In this document: positions 58,501 to 64,000 of the stretch, in pieces
How the letters are laid out: each line of letters opens with the position of its first letter
Position numbering within the stretch: position 1 is the stretch's first letter
From: Dimorphilus gyrociliatus
Lineage: Eukaryota; Animalia; Annelida
Assembly (NCBI GenBank): GCA_904063045.1
Contig: CAJFCJ010000018.1
Span: 558,001-622,000 of the forward strand
Reading direction: 5' to 3'
DNA length: 64,000 nucleotides
Notes under the pieces: model-generated
Databases searched by the model: none
What the model was told of the DNA's origin: nothing
The model's input: only the letters and a program-made list of their open reading frames with translations
Program-made: the position numbers and the translations under genes

Positions 58501-61500
58501 TTATATTTATACATATATACAGCTACGTTACCGAAATGTTAAAAATATTACTTGCTTTGATTAAAGTGCTTAATGAAAAAAATGCTGCCAAAGCTCTAGT
58601 AAATACGAATAAAAAGTTGATTAATATAAATGAAAACAATTTGTAAAACATCTTTTTACATAGTTATTTATATATTATACTTGAATAGCTAATTGGCAAG
58701 ACTTACTACGCACAGTAAGGCACGTAACAAGTAGGGTTCCGCTGATATCGTAACACTTATATTACGTAATTCGTTGGGTAACTAACAGCGTAAATCACAA
58801 ACGGTACATCCGCCAGATTTTAAACGAGTTTTAAACGACGCTTTTATGCAAATTATCAAACATATTTAAAATATTTTCTAAGAATGTAAGCTTACCGATG
58901 CTAGTTGACAATCAGCCTTATTATCCTCTACTGAACTGTCAACGTTTGAGGAAAGCTTTTCATTTACTTCATTTAAATTTTACAACGTAGGCAATTAACG
59001 AAAAAAGGATCTGTCTTCCAAATAACGTTATCTGAGCCTCCTTAGCAGGGGGGACTTAGTTTACAACTCGAAAACAAGATTTCCTTTTAATGTAATTAAG
59101 CATATCTAGGCAGATGTTTATAATGAAAGAATTACTATTCAAGTCTTGATTAAAAATTTAATGAAAAATCGTTTTAGAAAACCTCTTAAAACACCGATCG
59201 GTGATTTTCGTTAAAAACAGGGTCGTGTTTTGAACAGCCTTTGTTATGGCGATCTTTAAAGCGCATTAATTTGCATTTTATGGCGAGTTGTTTCGCATAC
59301 TAATTAGCTACTTGATAATTTACTCTTCGCATCGCTTGTTCTTGTATTCGTTGTCATAAATTTAGCGTGAAAATGTTTTATAAAGTACTGTAATTTACAA
59401 TGTTGGATGTACAACAAAGATGAAATGTTCTAATTTTAAGAAAGCTGAGCTTACATGGTATATTAAGTTTTTACCAGATAACACCATCAAATTAAATTAT
59501 ACTTTTTTCATATACATGTAAAATAAAATATTTCATGCTATAGTGACCTATAATTCACCCTTTCACCTCATTATTTTCAATCGAATAATGGTATTATAAA
59601 TATTAATGGTACATAGTTCTCTTTTCTTTTTTCCAAAAAATTTGCGACAAGCTGTCAGCAAACTGGCAAACTGCCTCTCCGATATAGGCAAAGAGGACCA
59701 AATGTTCCACTTAGAGATCTTCGTTTTAAATCGTTTTAGCGGAAACTGCTAAGGAAAAGAGAATTTTTTTAGATTGCATTGCGTCTTGTGGGGCCTGGCT
59801 ACGTGTTAATCCGTTTACGTTAGACACGCGCATATCAACAGCGAAATCGATAATAATTTAGCCCGGTTTCGTCCGAAAGGATCAGATTAGGATAGTGCAT
59901 AATTGCGTACTGCCTTCTACGCGTGTTCGATTTTTTCTCGAATTGGAATTTAGAGTAGAGTTTTTTATTAATCCTTTATTCTCGCCGGTAAGAATCTGTG
60001 GATTTTTTTGGGCGTTTTCCCTGGAGAAACTCTGCAAACGGTTTTTGCATTTCGGGCACATTTTTGAGGTAAATCGCTGGAGAATTATCGCTCCGAGATG
60101 CGTTTGTATATTTTGTAGTTATTTCTTCTATCAAAAAACTTCATGGGGGTCGACCAATTTTATTCTTAAGTCGAAAACAATGTCATTTTAAGTACTACAG
60201 TGAAAAAATTCGAAATTCTAAAGAAAAGTTTGAATGATTCAAGATTTTTTTTAATTTAAATTAAAGTAATATTGAATTGATAAAATATTGTTTATTATTA
60301 TTTTCGAAACGATACTAGTAGTTTTAATTTATACTACTTTTTCCCCATTAATAAGGAAAATTTACTACTAGTACGATATTTCTAGCATAATAAATAAAAT
60401 GATCAATTTGTTTTCAATTCAACATCTTTTATAGATAATTTATTTGTTTTTATGATTGAAAGGGAATATGTCTTTCAATATCATTTTATATATATGAAAT
60501 TCTGTCGGCTAAAGTTAGAGGTAAAGTAGGTCATATGGTAAGCAGGTGGTGCGTATTGCTAACGGCCACGGGAAGACAGAAGAAAGATAAGGTGAGAAGC
60601 GGAGGAAAGTAAAGATAAGATAAAAAACACAGAAAGTATATTTTATATTTTGATGGTACGCCAGATTCTTGTTTTAATACTGAGGGGACATTTGATTTAT
60701 CTATGTTGATTTAATTATCATAATATGTCTTTTATAAATTCAAGTTTTTTCTTTACAAAAAATAGAAAATGTTTTCTTTTTTAATACGTTTTCGTTTTCT
60801 ACTTTTCCAATGACATATTTTTAAACCGGAACAGAGAGAAGCTTTCAACATTCTCGGCAGTTGCATATGAATAGCACTCGAGTTGAAAAGGAAGGCTGCT
60901 AATATGCAAATGAGGTTCGAATGCATGCGCCCCCATTGCTCAGATTCGAGTGTCATCATTCATTGCTCACCCTTTCTACTTTGCAGATAGAATTTCAAGG
61001 TATGTATCTATATATTAGCACTTTACTAATTCAAATCATTTAAGCGTAATCTGGGCTCACATTTAGTTTATATACCACTTCAATGCCATAAATAATGATG
61101 ATTGCTTTTAATGATCACGGGTTAAAGGTTAAACTGTCTCTGATATCATTCTTTTTCCGATCCCTTCAATTATGACGTCATTCCGTGAAAAGTTTTTTTA
61201 TAAAATTAGTAGCGACTTTAACAGTAGGTACCGTACATTCCCAATTGCGTCATTTATTACATCATTTAAAGGCAATTTGAATTGTGGTATACTGGTAAAA
61301 TGTACAAGAACTATTTTTCTTAGACAGTCTAAAGTACAATTTTCTGTTCTGATTGTAAGATTTGATCCATTAAAGAATATTTCTTTACAAGGAAAAACCT
61401 GTTTTTACTTTTTATATTCATGTTTAACTACAAGGCGCTGCAAGAAATATATTTACAATCTAACGACAAAGTTCTTTATTTTAAATAAAAATGTCTTAGA

Positions 61501-64000
61501 CAGATTGTGAAAGCTATAAACGAATTTATCTATGATTTTAAAGTAAAAACTTGGATAAAACTATATTATACTTAAGTAATTTTTTCGACTTTTAAAGACA
61601 TTTAGCATGAGTTTTTCACTAGCAAAAAAAGTATAATTACTATTGCCGGAAGCTCTTTCTATAAGACATATGCTAGTTGAAACAATATGCGGGTGGAATA
61701 ATATATTATACCCATCGATTTCAAACACGTGCATACCTCATATATTGTGAATAATTGGTTCATATCTCTTTCAAAGCTAGACGAAACATATTGATGTCTA
61801 AATACAATAAAAAATAAAATGAAAATGTTTGCCAAGCATAAAAAATGTATATTTAATTTAAAATAGATGACAAGGTTAGGTCAAAAGCGGAACAGTTAAG
61901 AGGTCACTATTTTTGAGATTTAGCAGGCTCTAGGAAAGTATTATCTACTGATCTCTGTGAACATATACTATTTAAAAGCTAAATATTGTTTGACTATGTT
62001 CGCTTAACATATTACAATAGATGTATATTGATTTAATTGGTAAGAATTTATGAGTCTGAGTTTTCTTTAAACTAGGTTACGCCTATAGCATTATAGGTAA
62101 GAAGCGAATCTGTGAAGCCCTTAAGTATTTTTAGGATTAAGCTACAAGTAGATATTCAATAGTTATAGAAAACTATTATAAATAAAACTAAGCAGAAAGA
62201 AATTGAAGGAGAAAGCTTAATTTAAGTAGAAAAGATATGTAATTTAGCAAAAATCGGATATTTTTGAAAGAGAGCTTTAAAATCGTTCGATCTGAATGAA
62301 ATGTAAACACTCAACTATAAAAAATCAAATATCATTTTTGTTACGTATAATAATTAATAGAAAATTTGAAAATAATGATAATTTAAACTTACCTTGCTGA
62401 ATGCTTTATTTCGTGGCGATTTCTTTTTTTCAGCGGCCATTTTGCTTTAAGTAGGTCATTAATCAACAAGCAGCGCCCTCTGTAAATACATTCGATAAAT
62501 ATTATATTGAGGGGTTTTTTCTTACAAAATCCAACTTTTTTCTCAGCTAAACGTGAACTGAGATAATTATCTAGAAAAAAACAACTTCTGTAAGCCATTT
62601 GGCAAATAAATGCAAGATGCGCACGCATCGAATCACGCGCATTTCTAGAAACTCGGACAGATGAAAGCAATTTATTCAACGTTCCATCAGTCATGCTTTA
62701 TTTGTCAATTATATGATTCTTTCGTTCGAAGTTGGGCTATAATTCGATTTTAGAAGAACGTTCGGTGTACATCGATTTGATTAAATAGGTCAAAAGGCAT
62801 CGTCTTATGTATTTCTTTGAAGTTTTCTTAAATATTTTGACTGACAAGGCAGGAGTTTAACAGATGTTCTTGTTTATAAAACGGATCCATTTGAACACGG
62901 CTGGAACATTTACAACGCTTAGTTTGCTCTTTGTCTATTATATATTGATATATATATGCATAATTCAATGAAAAGTGAATAAATGTAGCCTTCATAATGA
63001 TAAATTAATGACGATATCATTTGAAATCGTAAATAATGCTACTATGCTATTTAAATAAAAAATGTTCTTCCTCTGGTTTAAAAATTATCAAACGGGTATA
63101 GATAACAGGGCAGAACCTTTTTTAATTTAATTTATACCTTTATTTCGTTTTTTAGGACTCTTAGGATTTTATAGGTCAACTATTATATTCTATTATTATC
63201 AGGTTACTCTTATATAAACTCTTTAAGGTCAATCTTAAAATTTTAATTATATTTGTACGGTATTAAATTGGTATTGATTTTTTAAATAATTACAAAGGTC
63301 AGAAACTTTTTGAAAAGTTTGTCATCCTGCATTGATATAGATAATAATTCAGATGGTGCGACAGCGGGTGAAGCGCATGAGCGACTTCGTTTCACATCAA
63401 TGCGCATTGCCGCCATGTTCGATTTTGCTCAAGTTTCTTTTTTGTAAACGCAGTTTATCAAGTTAACTATATTACTATGTTACATTCTTTATAAAGGTAT
63501 GGTATTAACGTATTTTTTTCCCAATATTTCAATGTCTCTCTATCAGATATATATAGTACTTTTATAAAAAGTTTCACTTTGTATTGTTTCCAGTCGATAT
63601 TTTACGCATAGAACTTGATAATTATTATTATATTTTTAATTAGTTAACTTTTTATTCTTTTGTAACCGAAATATGTAATAATGAATTTCGTTTTCACTAT
63701 TAAACATTTCTTGGTTTTAAACTTTAATAGATTCGCAATCAGACGATAGATGGCACAACGAGTTGCTTTTTAAAATAGAATCAGCGCGTCTAAATTGTTC
63801 TTTTCTAGAGTCTTATATTACACGGATATATAAGAGACATAAAGCAAGAATTAAATACCATGAAATGGGTTTTAAAACTCTTATAATTCTTACACAGTTA
63901 TTAAGCAGGAATAAAATAAAATAGATATCCTATAAACGAGTAAATATAAGATTAGTTGTTATTATGGAGATAAATTGAAGGGATAAAGCATTGCGATTTA

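Noticed and set aside
62389-62694. 101-aa minus-strand ORF as a protein-coding gene
   Set aside because: No recognisable domain; better explained as a GC-richer promoter or first-exon region whose stop codon falls within the splice donor.

Overview
Eukaryotic, AT-rich (roughly 30% GC by eye) animal DNA carrying most of a very compact, ordered lophotrochozoan (spiralian) Hox cluster. All six Hox genes are on the + strand, posterior to anterior: Post2 (8480-9388), Lox4 (12864-14005), Antp (17878-21244), Lox5 (28223-30801), Scr (34222-35602) and Dfd (48779-50017), spanning only about 41.5 kb. No Lox2 or Post1 homeobox is visible. A five-exon vasopressin/oxytocin-type GPCR (709-2998) is the posterior neighbour, and Hox3 presumably lies beyond the right edge. 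This gene set and compaction would fit a miniaturised annelid such as Dimorphilus, but that is a guess. Four MIR-10-family hairpins are interleaved with the genes: the expected mir-10 (Scr-Dfd) and antisense mir-993 (3' of Dfd), plus copies just 3' of Antp and 5' of Post2. The most striking unexplained signals are non-coding. (i) About 33 TAGGTCA sites, mostly in a ROR/Rev-erb (HR3/E75) monomer context, clustered in the large intergenic regions. (ii) Five identically spaced and oriented ATTGG-N11-CACGTG (NF-Y/USF-type) modules, two at Hox promoters and three orphan. (iii) CTCF-like and YY1-like motifs, plus orphan splice sites that predict unannotated host transcripts. No transposon, CRISPR, rRNA or tRNA was recognised. 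All coordinates, counts and folds were done by hand and may be off by a few bases or sites.
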